Virus record (IMG/VR): IMGVR_UViG_3300027902_000001
Location: 9,496-73,495 of that record
Origin: a virus
DNA: 64,000 nucleotides
Direction: 5' to 3' (one strand)
The notes under the pieces were generated by a model, which did not search any database, was not told where the DNA came from, and saw only the letters and a list, made by a program, of their open reading frames with translations. This document shows positions 17,437 to 26,774 of the stretch, piece by piece; within the stretch, counting starts at the first letter, position 1; each line of letters starts with the position of its first letter. A program made the position numbers and the translations under genes.

Positions 17437-19798
17437 GTTGATCCTCCTGAGCGGCGGCGGCCGCGGCGACGTATTGCGCCGCATCGTCCAGCAGGGCGCG
17501 CGCGGCCTGAGCCGCAGCGGGCCGCCCGCACGTGTCCATGTAGTCAGCCTGGCCGCGCACCTGCTCCGCGGTCAGGCGACCGGTGATGTTGCCCGGTCGG
17601 ACGGTGTAGCGCGTACCGTAGCCGGTGACGAAGTTGTACTGGCCGGGCAGATAGTTCGGCCCGGTGCAGACGGCGGGACCCAGCGCGGTCAGCCAGACCA
17701 GGTCGCCGGGCGCGAAGGTCTCGTCTTGGTTCATGGTGCGTCTCCGTAGTGCTTGGGGTGATCCGACCAGTGGCGGTCGTAGGGCGTCGGCGCGTCCGGG
17801 TCATCTTTGAGCAGGTCTTGCAGGCGCGCGTAGGCGCGGCTGTCGATCACGTCGCCTTGGTACAGCGCCTTGAGCAGGTCGCGCAGGGCGGCTTCGAGCC
17901 GCGCGACTTGCTGGCCGATCTCCAGGAGTTCGTCGGCCAGCTTTTCTTTGGTGGTTTCGTCGTAGCATTGGGTCATAGCGCAGCCTCCATAGTGGCAAAG
18001 ACCGACTCGTAGCGGGGCCGGTACAAGTCGGTCGAGTCCGCGATCAAGTTCGGGTCGGCGGTGTTCAGGAAACGTAGGTGTTCTAGCCACAGCAGTTCCC
18101 GTTGTGCATCCAACAGCAGGAACGCCAGGTGGCGCAGTTGTGGTTCGGCGGCGAGGCGGGCGCGGGCAGCCTCCTCAGCCAGCCGCGCGCCGCGCCGGTA
18201 GAGTTCGTCCAGCATGAACTGGACAGCATCGTCGTAGTGCCGGTGATACCAGGCCGGCAACTTCCCCTGGGCGTATGCTTGATGCTCCCACGCGTCCACC
18301 GCGGCGTCGGCCCAGGCCAGGATGTCGTAATCCTCATCGCTCAGCGGGACTTGGGCCGCGTGCGTGGCTTGTGCGCGCAGCCAATTCTCTTGTTCGTCGG
18401 TCAACATGGCATCTCCTATGCGGACTGCGGCGCGTCCCAACCGATCTGCTTGCTGGTCGCGCTGTGTGCGGCGGCGCCGATCTCCGCACGCTTCTCCTTC
18501 ATTTTGGCGGCAAAGTAATCGCCGGTGAAGCCTTGGAACCAACGCGAGCCGACTGGCTCGAAGCGCCAAAGATAGAGCATGTGGTCGTAGCTCATCTGGT
18601 CGATAAGTCGGCATAGTTGTTCTTCTTCAGTTGTCATGGAACCTCCTAGTAGCCCAGGTGGTACACGTGGCCGGTGGGTGCGTAGGACGTATGGGGATAC
18701 TCGCCTACGCCGACGATCTCGGCCAGGGTGATCTTGGTGCGCGTCAGTTCTGTGACGCGCACCAGTCCGCCGATGCTGCTGCCGCCGTCGCTGTAACCTT
18801 CGTGCAGCAGCAGGATGTCGCCGACGCGCAGCGTGCGCGTCTTGACGGGTGGTTGTGGTTTGGGCATGTTATCCCCCTAGTGGTGGTTTGCGAGCGCCAT
18901 CAGCACGATGGCGGCCACGACGATGCCGACGCCGGCCAGCGACCAGAGGACGTACTGGCCGCAGGTCGCGCCTTGCGGCGCGGCGGGTGTGTGTCGATAG
19001 CGTGGTGGGTTGTGGCGCAGGGTGCGTCTACGCATGGTCGGCTCCGTCTGTGGGCGTCAGTTCGGCCAGGATCGCACTGTAGCGACCGGGCGTCAGTTCG
19101 GTTTGGGCCAGGGCCCGATAGGCTTGGCGCTCAAAGTAGCGCAGGATGTCAGCGTGGATCGTGTCGTCCAGCGCGGCGTGAGAGAATTCCAACAGGCTCT
19201 CCAACTCCTTGATGACCGCGCGATAGCCGGCCGGCTCCAGCCCGGCGCAGCCATTGACGCATGCCATCGCGCGGTCGTAGTCGTCTAGTTCCAGCGTCAC
19301 CGGTCCGAGCATCCGGCCCCTGCGGTCGCGCTGGACCCGGTGGGTATCGTGCTGCCAGATGTGTTTCCAGGGTTCAGGACTCCAGGTCATGGTGATCCCT
19401 CCGGTTGAGATAGTTGACGGCTATAACACACGCACCCGCGCCGAGCACCAAGGGGACGGCCACCGCCAGGTGGTTCACGCCGGTGGCCAGGCCGAGCAGA
19501 AACACGGCGATCACGTAGAGCCAGTCGTGGTTGTGCATGGTCAATCCGCGAGCCAGAAGCCCGCCTCCTTGTATTCGGCTGCGGTCAGATGCGTGATCTT
19601 GGTGGCCGCGGGGATGCAAAGGCCGAGCGGTCTGTCGTCCAGCCATGTCACCTGATCGGCGCGTACCAGGTCAAGACTGCCGTCGCGGTGCAGATAGGTG
19701 ATCCGCATGTCGGGCCATTCCGACGCGCTGACGCGCCGGCCAAAGATCGGTTGGCGTGACCGCATGTCGCGGTCGTCGCGATGGGTAGTGGTTTTCAT
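17426..19798 (-). other. Run of about 9 small, tightly coupled early hypothetical ORFs (e.g. 17426-17734, 17731-17976, 18416-18637, 18646-18867, 19028-19390, 19541-19798)
   Basis: Strong GGAG RBS motifs and stop/start overlaps, all on the minus strand. Confidence 0.6.
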
Positions 19799-19825
19799 TT
19801 CTTCTCCTTGAGTAGTATGCGCGCC

Positions 19826-20608
19826 TCAGCGCGCCAGTCCGAGCCGTGACGCGATGTAGACCCACGTCGCACGGCGTAGTTGCTTGCCGACCACAGCCAG
19901 CAGCGGCGCGTCGTCCGGCGTGCGCGTGTGCTGGAGCAACTCGAAGGCCAGTTGCCGGGGCAGCGGACCCAGCGGCGACTTGGGATCGACGATCACATTC
20001 GCCAGCAGCGAGGGCACCAGGTAGCCCTCCGCGATGTGCGACTGGATGTGATCGTTTTGGGTGGTATCGCCCCAGGTTTGACCGTCCTCGTTCACCATGC
20101 AGCAGTACCAGCAATCGCCGCTACCGGGTGCGGGCAGGCTGCCGGCTAGCAGTGCGTCCACCAGATGCTTGACGTAGGCTTTGGCGTCCTTGGTCAACTG
20201 CGCCTGGCGATCAGCGGCATCCTGGTTGACGCCCTCGACGCGGCCGTCCGGGTAGACGGTGCAGCCGTCGGCGAATGAGTAGGAGGGGATGGGCGCTCCC
20301 GGTGCGGAGTAGAAATACAGCCGCCACTGACCCTTCTCTGACCAGACCCGCCAGTGATTGCCGGCCACGGCCAGCCGCAGCACCTTGTTGATGCGATCCT
20401 GGGTGGTCGCGGTGCGCCAGCCGCCGGTGTTGAGCGTGACGCGCCCATCCGGGTAGCAGGCCGCGATGTCGGTGTTATGCAGCACCGCGGCGATGTGCGG
20501 GTCCACCCCGATAATCCGGCGCACGCGCGTGTTATTACCCCACGCGCGCTCCATTTTGGACTGGCCCGCTTCGATATGGGCCAGCAGTTGCGAGTATGCA
20601 GTTTCCAT
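19826..20608 (-). CDS. Conserved early phage protein
   Basis: LHNTDIA...LNTGGWRTATTQDRIN motif; GDCWYC. Confidence 0.65.
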   Translation of the reverse strand: METAYSQLLAHIEAGQSKMERAWGNNTRVRRIIGVDPHIAAVLHNTDIAACYPDGRVTLNTGGWRTATTQDRINKVLRLAVAGNHWRVWSEKGQWRLYFYSAPGAPIPSYSFADGCTVYPDGRVEGVNQDAADRQAQLTKDAKAYVKHLVDALLAGSLPAPGSGDCWYCCMVNEDGQTWGDTTQNDHIQSHIAEGYLVPSLLANVIVDPKSPLGPLPRQLAFELLQHTRTPDDAPLLAVVGKQLRRATWVYIASRLGLAR

Positions 20609-20632
20609 GTGATCCTCCTGAGACGGTATGGG

Positions 20633-20854
20633 TTACGCGACGAGTGCGTCCAGTTCGGTTTGCGGCACAGTCTTGGCTTGTGCGCCAGCCAGCCAACGGT
20701 TGATGTGTTTCGACGTGGTTTTGCTGTAAGACTGCCCGGTGCGGATGTACTTGCCGTCAACGTACGCGGCGACCGGCGTGGAGTACGAAAACAGGATCGT
20801 CGCGCGCTCTGTATGTAACTCCGTCTGATTGCTGCCAATGGGTATAAGTTGCAT
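20633..20854 (-). CDS. Small conserved phage protein
   Basis: FSYSTPVA...YSKTTSKHIN motif. Confidence 0.7.
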   Translation of the reverse strand: MQLIPIGSNQTELHTERATILFSYSTPVAAYVDGKYIRTGQSYSKTTSKHINRWLAGAQAKTVPQTELDALVA

Positions 20855-20863
20855 GGTATCCTC

Positions 20864-21208
20864 CTACAGCAGGTGCGCGCCCAACCGCGCCGCCACGTCG
20901 CCCCAACAGCCGACGCGGTATGTTTCGGTCAGGTAGTCGTACAGCAGGGTCGTGTCATACGTGTTGCCCTGGTTGACGTAGCTCAGCCTGGGATGGCCTC
21001 CCAGGCGCTTATCCCACACGTACTCGACGCCGTGGCCGTCAATGTCATCGTTGCAGGCTTGCAGGATGCGGTCGCTGCGCGACCAGCCATCAGTCAGGCT
21101 GGTAACTGGAATCGGCCCGCCGTGGATGTAGTCGCGCAGGCGGGCGGAGGCTTCCCAGGTCATGCCCCGGATGAGCATGAGCCGCTTGGATGATGGTGCT
21201 CTAGGCAT
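20864..21208 (-). CDS. Conserved phage protein
   Basis: GHGVEY...YVNQGNTYDTTLLY...WGD motif. Confidence 0.65.
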   Translation of the reverse strand: MPRAPSSKRLMLIRGMTWEASARLRDYIHGGPIPVTSLTDGWSRSDRILQACNDDIDGHGVEYVWDKRLGGHPRLSYVNQGNTYDTTLLYDYLTETYRVGCWGDVAARLGAHLL

Positions 21209-21395
21209 GGTTGACGCTCCCGGCCGCGGCGCGACGATCCAGTTCGTCGTCGATGTGGACGGTCTCGGCTTCGTCCTTCAGGATCGCAATTATCTCGGCG
21301 GCAGGCAAGCCTGATGCGTCGATGGCGGCGTGCAAGGCGCGCCGGAAGTTGATCCGTTGCGCGCGCTCCAATGGTGCGGCTTCGATATGATCCAT
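21201..21395 (-). CDS. Hypothetical protein downstream of hammerhead A
   Basis: RBS AAGGAGG. Confidence 0.55.
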   Translation of the reverse strand: MDHIEAAPLERAQRINFRRALHAAIDASGLPAAEIIAILKDEAETVHIDDELDRRAAAGSVNHA

Positions 21396-21407
21396 GTGTT
21401 TCCTCCT

Positions 21408-21480
21408 TGACCTGGCTCGTTCAGCGCCGGGCAGTCATCCCCGGTCAGAGCCGCGGCCTCCCGACCGCAGCTTTCGCCTG
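21408..21480 (-). ncRNA. Type II hammerhead ribozyme A (variant core)
   Basis: GGC-GAAA-[stem III]-CUC^-[stem I, loop GAUGACUG]-CUGAACGA-GCC, with 3' tail GGUCA pseudoknot. Confidence 0.8.
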
Positions 21481-21481
21481 T

Positions 21482-21700
21482 TCAATCCCCATCATCCTCT
21501 TGCTTGTCACGACCATAGCGATTGCGCAGTACGTAACCGTGGCGGCGTGCATAGGTACGCCAGAAGGCCCGGCTTTGCGCGCCCAGGTCGCCGTGGTAAA
21601 ACCATGACGCGCCCCCATCGGTGGATTGGCTGGCGCAGAAACCATCGCCAAATGGGTCGCCGTTGGGGTAGATTTCAAGGATGTCGGCAGGATTACGCAT
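21482..21700 (-). CDS. Hypothetical protein
   Basis: RBS AAGGAGG; stop lies immediately before hammerhead A. Confidence 0.55.
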   Translation of the reverse strand: MRNPADILEIYPNGDPFGDGFCASQSTDGGASWFYHGDLGAQSRAFWRTYARRHGYVLRNRYGRDKQEDDGD

Positions 21701-22127
21701 GGTTGGCCTCCTTGGATTTATGCGTGGTCAGGTCGGCGCGACAGTAGCGGCACTCGTGGTAGATAGCGCAGCCGTCCTCCCAACTGACGCCGACCAGTAT
21801 GGTGCCGGTCAACTTCTGAAACGGCATACCAGGTGGCACGCGGTCAGCCGGCACGGCCATCATGCCGTAGATCAAGCCCCGGCTCCGATCCTCGTGGTAG
21901 GACTCCCGGCAACCGTCATCGCAGAACTTACGCTGACTCATGGTTAGCCTCCGTAGTGCCAGACTTGGGTGCCGACCGGCAGGCGCTTGCACTTGGGTCC
22001 GCCATGCCAGTCACGCAGGTATGACCGGAACTCCTGCTCGCCGATGGGTTCACGGAACTCGAATGCGCCCAGCGCGTAGGCGTCCAGCGAAAACTTGGCC
22101 GACCAACGTGCGCTTTTACGGGACATG

Positions 22128-23597
22128 CTACGCTGGCTCATGGTTGGCCTCCCGCCACGCGCAGTACATCTTACGCGCCTTGATGTAGATGCTCGGATCG
22201 TCGGCGCAGTATTCCATGACGCCGACCGACAACTCACTGATCTGGTTGGCGTGTTTGCGCGTGCAGTCGCTCGCGCCCTCACTGGCGACGTGGGCCGCCT
22301 CATGGATGACGACGGTGACGAAGCGTTCCCACGACCACTGGGAGATGTGGTCAGTATTCAGGATGATGCGGGTGGCGTCACCTGCGCCGTCGCACTCGTC
22401 CTTGAGCGCCCGACCCTCGATGGGCGTTTCGACCATGCCGCAACACGCCAGTAGGGTCTGCGCGGCGTGCAGCACCGGCTCCGGGATGGGTTTTTGGAGC
22501 GCCTGTTGCGCCTTGACCGTCACGATTTCGGAGACGTTAGGGATGGCGTCCGTCACCCACGCCGGCGGCGCGTAGTAGCCGGTCAGCACCTTACTGTTGG
22601 TCATCGCCGACGCGTCGGCAATCTGGGCCGCGTCGTCCGCACGCGTGGTGGCCCAGGACAGCTTCTTGAGACCCGCGGTCATCTTGAACTGCTTGACGCC
22701 GGCCGCGACAATGCGGGCCGGGGGCGCTTGCATGAACCGGAACTCCTCCGGTTGCGCGCCGTAGTTGGCGGCGTATTTGAGGACGGCGGCGATAGCGTCG
22801 GCGTCCGCGTAGCGGGCGAAGATTTCGCCGCATTCGGTGCGGACGTGCTCCCAGGAGAAGGCGGCCCGGTCGCGGCCGGGCGATTGGGACACGTTGTAGC
22901 TGAGCGCCAGGTTCCACTGCTCGCCGACCCGTTGGCCGCGACTGTACAACTGGCCGGCTTCGGTGATGATCAGCGGCGAGGACGCCTTGGGTGGCCGGTC
23001 GGCCAGGTTGACGCCGACTGCCGCCAGCTTGCACTGCAAGTGCGGATAGACGGCGTAGTTGAGGCCCGGATGGCGGGCGAAGGCTTCATAGGCGTTGGCC
23101 GCGTCCCGCGCTACGCCCGGCCCGGCATACGACCAGTAGGTGCCGCGGCGGGGCGTGGCAGTCTGGTACACGTCCAGCGTGAGCACCTGCTTGCCTCCGC
23201 CGTTATAGTTGGCCAGCCGACCGGTCATGAGCCAGTCCTGGGACGCCAGCAGCTTGACGAAACCGCTGCGCGCGGCGACCAAACTGGAGATCATTTCGCC
23301 TTCGCCGTGCTCGCCGACCGTGGCGTCGTCGCCACGCTTGCCGGACTGGCCCAGCAAAAGGATGGTGTCCAGATCGACGCCGCGGCCGCTGTCGGCCAGG
23401 GTGATGTGGTCGGCGTCGATCACGGTCAGGGCGGGCGCGCACTTGGCCGTCAGGCACTCGTCAAGTTGGTTCTGGACGGATTCCTTGACGGCCTTGGCCG
23501 CGTCCCAATCCGGCACGTAGTCGGCGCTGAGAATGGTCTGGATGGTTTGCGCGTAGGCGTAGGTACGCCCATCCAGGACGATGTTAGTCGGTGACAT
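22128..23597 (-). CDS. GHKL-type ATPase fused to a C-terminal HExxH metallopeptidase-like domain
   Basis: AVKESVQNQLD (N box), DSGRG (G1), GQSGK...VGEHGEG (G2); IHEAAHV. Confidence 0.7.
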   Translation of the reverse strand: MSPTNIVLDGRTYAYAQTIQTILSADYVPDWDAAKAVKESVQNQLDECLTAKCAPALTVIDADHITLADSGRGVDLDTILLLGQSGKRGDDATVGEHGEGEMISSLVAARSGFVKLLASQDWLMTGRLANYNGGGKQVLTLDVYQTATPRRGTYWSYAGPGVARDAANAYEAFARHPGLNYAVYPHLQCKLAAVGVNLADRPPKASSPLIITEAGQLYSRGQRVGEQWNLALSYNVSQSPGRDRAAFSWEHVRTECGEIFARYADADAIAAVLKYAANYGAQPEEFRFMQAPPARIVAAGVKQFKMTAGLKKLSWATTRADDAAQIADASAMTNSKVLTGYYAPPAWVTDAIPNVSEIVTVKAQQALQKPIPEPVLHAAQTLLACCGMVETPIEGRALKDECDGAGDATRIILNTDHISQWSWERFVTVVIHEAAHVASEGASDCTRKHANQISELSVGVMEYCADDPSIYIKARKMYCAWREANHEPA

Positions 23598-23904
23598 CGG
23601 ACTCCTCCCCTGCTTTGATCTGTGCGGCGCGCACCGCGGCCATACGTGCGGTCATGCGCTTGACGCTGCGCAAGTTGTAACCGAGCGACTCCAGTTCCTC
23701 TTTCAGGTCGGCGTATTCGTTTGGCGCGGCCGGCCTGGTCCAGCCGGTGATGCCAACTGATGCCGCGCCATGCTGACCGACGTGCATGCAGGACAACATC
23801 CTGTAGTAACCATCTGCGATCTCCGGGAACAACGCAATGACATCTCCGTCGCCGTCCTTGAACTTGCGGAAGATGACGGTGGTCTGTGCAGTGTCTTGCT
23901 CCAT
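23584..23904 (-). CDS. Conserved phage protein
   Basis: VIFRKF..DVIALFP...MHVGQHG...EYADLKEELESLGY. Confidence 0.7.
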   Translation of the reverse strand: MEQDTAQTTVIFRKFKDGDGDVIALFPEIADGYYRMLSCMHVGQHGAASVGITGWTRPAAPNEYADLKEELESLGYNLRSVKRMTARMAAVRAAQIKAGEESDVTD

Positions 23905-23967
23905 AATAATCCTCCTGAGAGCGTATGTTGGATAGCACCTGACGCGCCATCTTGCTGCGCGTCCATG

Positions 23968-24030
23968 AGGGCCGGCGGGGGAACGATCCCCGCGTACAGT
24001 CTTGGCAGACCGCTGCACCAGCATCAGCCC
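23968..24030 (-). ncRNA. Truncated tRNA-Gly(GCC)-like element
   Basis: GGGCTG/CGGCCC acceptor followed by U; minimal TGC-TGGT-GCA D arm; CGGTC-TGCCAA-GACTG; GCGGGG-ATCGTTC-CCCCGC. Confidence 0.55.
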
Positions 24031-24145
24031 ATGCGCGCATGGTTGGTTCGGCCTGGTAAGCCGCCGACCATGCGCAGACACCCATTGACCGTGATCCTCC
24101 TTGGTTAGTATGCTGCCGCGGCGCATTACCCCGCCAGTGACCCGC

Positions 24146-24454
24146 CTAGTTCGGTCGCGCCAGGTCCAGCGCGACGTGTTCGGCCTGGGCTGGCGTGATG
24201 CTGTCCAGGCCGGCGACGATGCGGTCGGTATGCTCGTCCTCGTGCCGGGTCGCGTGACGCTTGCGCGTGACGACCACTCTGCCGCAACACGTATGGGCCG
24301 TCCAGACACACGGCATGGCGTAGATGCGGGCGTGTTCTTCGGCCAGTTGGATGGCATACGCCAACATGTCCGTCACGCCGTCGAAGGCGTCCGGGTCAAT
24401 GTCAGCGCAGGTGCCGACCGTGAAAGTGTACTTGTCGGTGACGAGCTTAGTCAT
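24146..24454 (-). CDS. Hypothetical protein
   Basis: RBS GGAGG. Confidence 0.55.
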   Translation of the reverse strand: MTKLVTDKYTFTVGTCADIDPDAFDGVTDMLAYAIQLAEEHARIYAMPCVWTAHTCCGRVVVTRKRHATRHEDEHTDRIVAGLDSITPAQAEHVALDLARPN

Positions 24455-24716
24455 GGGATACCTCCATTGCGTCATCCAGCGCCGCCTGTTGCGTCGCGAC
24501 ATGCGCGTTGATTGCATCCTGCACGTGACCGGATTTGAGTGCCGCGAACGCGCGCAGACACTTCAGGTGGTCGTGGCACTCGGCGACTATCCTGGCAATG
24601 GCTATCCCAAAGGTTAGCGGGTTGCGCGGAGTTCGGGCTGTGCGCTGACTTTCGATGCGTAGCGCACGGAGAATTTCGATCTTCTGGTTGTACTGCTCAT
24701 TGGTCATACTTGGCAT
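24447..24716 (-). CDS. Hypothetical protein downstream of hammerhead B
   Basis: RBS AGGAGG. Confidence 0.55.
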   Translation of the reverse strand: MPSMTNEQYNQKIEILRALRIESQRTARTPRNPLTFGIAIARIVAECHDHLKCLRAFAALKSGHVQDAINAHVATQQAALDDAMEVSHD

Positions 24717-24731
24717 GGGATACCTCCTGCT

Positions 24732-24802
24732 TGACCTGCCTCATTCAGCGCCGGACAGTCATCTCCGGGCAGACCGGACGCGCCTGGCGTCCGGTTTCGG
24801 CA
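24732..24802 (-). ncRNA. Type II hammerhead ribozyme B (variant core)
   Basis: UGCC-GAAA-CCGGACGC...GCGUCCG-GUC^-[stem I, loop GAUGACUG]-CUGAAUGA-GGCA-GGUCA. Confidence 0.85.
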
Positions 24803-24931
24803 CGTTACTGCGCGCCGGCCAGCGCGTCGCGCAGCGCGCTGAGCCACGACCGCCACGGCCAGCGGACGCCGATGCCGTGACGGGAGACGAGAATACCTGA
24901 ACGGGAAAAGGTGATGGTCATGGGATACCTC

Positions 24932-25261
24932 CTAGTATTCGCAGACCAGATAGACGTAGCGCCAGTTACGACCGGCCGCGGTTGGCGGTTGTATGTGGCA
25001 TGGCCAGCGACCACGGCGCAGCAACTTCTTGACAGTCGCCGGCGGGATGGCGTGACGGAAGTCTTGCTCCGTCCACACCAGTTCCCACACCGGCTGCCCC
25101 AACCAGGCCAGTTGGGCGTAGTAGTTACCACCCGCATAGTCGCCATCTTGCCAGCAGTCCTGCGCCATGCTCTGCATAACGGACGGCGAAAGCAGGTGCT
25201 CGCATTCGGTTACGATATGCTCGCTGGTCGTTCCCTGATGGATCGTGTAACGCTTGAGCAT
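24932..25261 (-). CDS. Hypothetical protein
   Basis: ORF in the early operon. Confidence 0.5.
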   Translation of the reverse strand: MLKRYTIHQGTTSEHIVTECEHLLSPSVMQSMAQDCWQDGDYAGGNYYAQLAWLGQPVWELVWTEQDFRHAIPPATVKKLLRRGRWPCHIQPPTAAGRNWRYVYLVCEY

Positions 25262-25272
25262 TAGACACCATC

Positions 25273-25560
25273 CTAAGCCAGATACAGACCACAGATCACG
25301 TGGTCGGTGTCAAGCGCGCCCCATTCCTCGCGCGGATAGCGGAGAAGCACCGCGCTGAAGTAGGTGTCGACCACCCGCATGTCCCAGCCGGCGAGGCTGG
25401 ATTGCTCCATGTCGTGCAGGTCATAGCACCAACCCTTGTAACGCACGAACGCGCCGGGGTCGGCCGGGTCATGGTAGTCCAACTCAGCTTGTTCGCGCGG
25501 CGTGAGTTGGTTCCAGTCCAGCACCAAGCGCGGGTGCCGGTTCGTAATGATCTTCGGCAT
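25273..25560 (-). CDS. Conserved phage protein
   Basis: FVRYKGWCYDL...GWD...DTYFSAVL motif. Confidence 0.7.
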   Translation of the reverse strand: MPKIITNRHPRLVLDWNQLTPREQAELDYHDPADPGAFVRYKGWCYDLHDMEQSSLAGWDMRVVDTYFSAVLLRYPREEWGALDTDHVICGLYLA

Positions 25561-26099
25561 CTTACCCTCCTACTCCGTGAGACGTATGGTTAGTTGTACA
25601 CGTACTCGACCGGCGTCAGCAGCAGCCAATACTTCTGGTTGCGCAACTGCGCCAGCGCCGCCTTGGTCGCCTTGGCGCGGGGGTTCTGACCCCGCACCGT
25701 CACGGACGCGCTGAACATGCGTTCCTTGCCGGTTACGGCGTCAATGCCGAGCACTTGCGCCCGGCAGGTGCAAACCACCTTGGAACTGTTGGCCTTAGAC
25801 ATGGGATACCTCCGTTCCTGAGCGTGTATGGATGAACGCAACTCTTGGCTCACAGCCAAGCCTCTGACCGCGCCCGCGCGTGGCCAGAAGTCTGACCGGG
25901 AACGTATGGTTACGCCCGCGCCGCCCGTAAGTACATGGACGCCAGCGCCAGGAATGCACCGGCCAGCGCGTAGTAACCCGATTCGATCTCCCACAGCGCC
26001 ATATCCAGCGCCCGTGCCGTACAGCCCAAGAAATACAGACGATCTTTCATGGTATCCTCCCCAAGATGTATGGTTACTTGCCCGGAACGTAGGGTTACT

Positions 26100-26390
26100 T
26101 GCTACTCATGGTCATAACGTGGCGCGGTATTATCCTTACCAGTTGCCCGCTACCTGACGCGGTCTGTCATCCCGCGACGTTTTACGACGCCCGCGCTACC
26201 AGCTTCGGATATGGCGGCTGACTCTAGGCTGGATCGCACGCTATGACCATGCAGGAGACTAACTCCCACCCCCGACTGACCCTCCACATCAGCCGGGACG
26301 CGACGGGCACTTGAGGGATTCCCGTCAAATTCTTACCGATTGCTTGAGTTGCTCGCCGGCCATCCGACACGTGCCGTCTGAGAACAACAC
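26100..26390 (-). ncRNA. Candidate large structured RNA
   Basis: No ORF; several hairpins and a 15-bp long-range stem CATGGTCATAGCGTG/CACGTTATGACCATG. Confidence 0.5.
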
Positions 26391-26576
26391 CTAGGCGACT
26401 TTCCCACTGATGAGCGGTCCAAAGTTGTCGTAGGCGTAACGCATCCCCGCCGCATACGTCTCAAACAGCCCCAGGGTAACGCGCTCAAATCCGCCGCTTA
26501 CCATGCCAGTGTGGTACACAAGAACTGCGTCCATCTTCTCCATGATGATCCTCCTGGTGATGTATGGTGATGGCGC

Positions 26577-26774
26577 TTACGCCGGTAGCTCTATCCAGTA
26601 TGCGCACAGCATGGTGATGACCAACGACATGATGTAGATGTTCACAGCCGTCCCCGTACTTGCTACCGCTTGGGACAGCCGGTTGATCTCGGCGCGCACT
26701 TGCTTGGCGTCCCCATGCGTTTCGGCCATGATCTCGTCAAAATACTGCTTTGCTTCCGCCCTGTACGCTTCCAT
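26577..26774 (-). CDS. Small hypothetical protein
   Basis: RBS AGGAGG; hydrophobic C-terminus. Confidence 0.5.
   Translation of the reverse strand: MEAYRAEAKQYFDEIMAETHGDAKQVRAEINRLSQAVASTGTAVNIYIMSLVITMLCAYWIELPA

Noticed and set aside
18631-19212. Reverse transcriptase suggested by YADD in a plus-strand ORF
   Set aside because: Shadow ORF antisense to RBS-bearing early genes; too short and lacks other RT motifs
26405-26440. Hammerhead core CTGATGAG on the plus strand
   Set aside because: No stem II or GAAA follows; it lies antisense to a small minus-strand ORF
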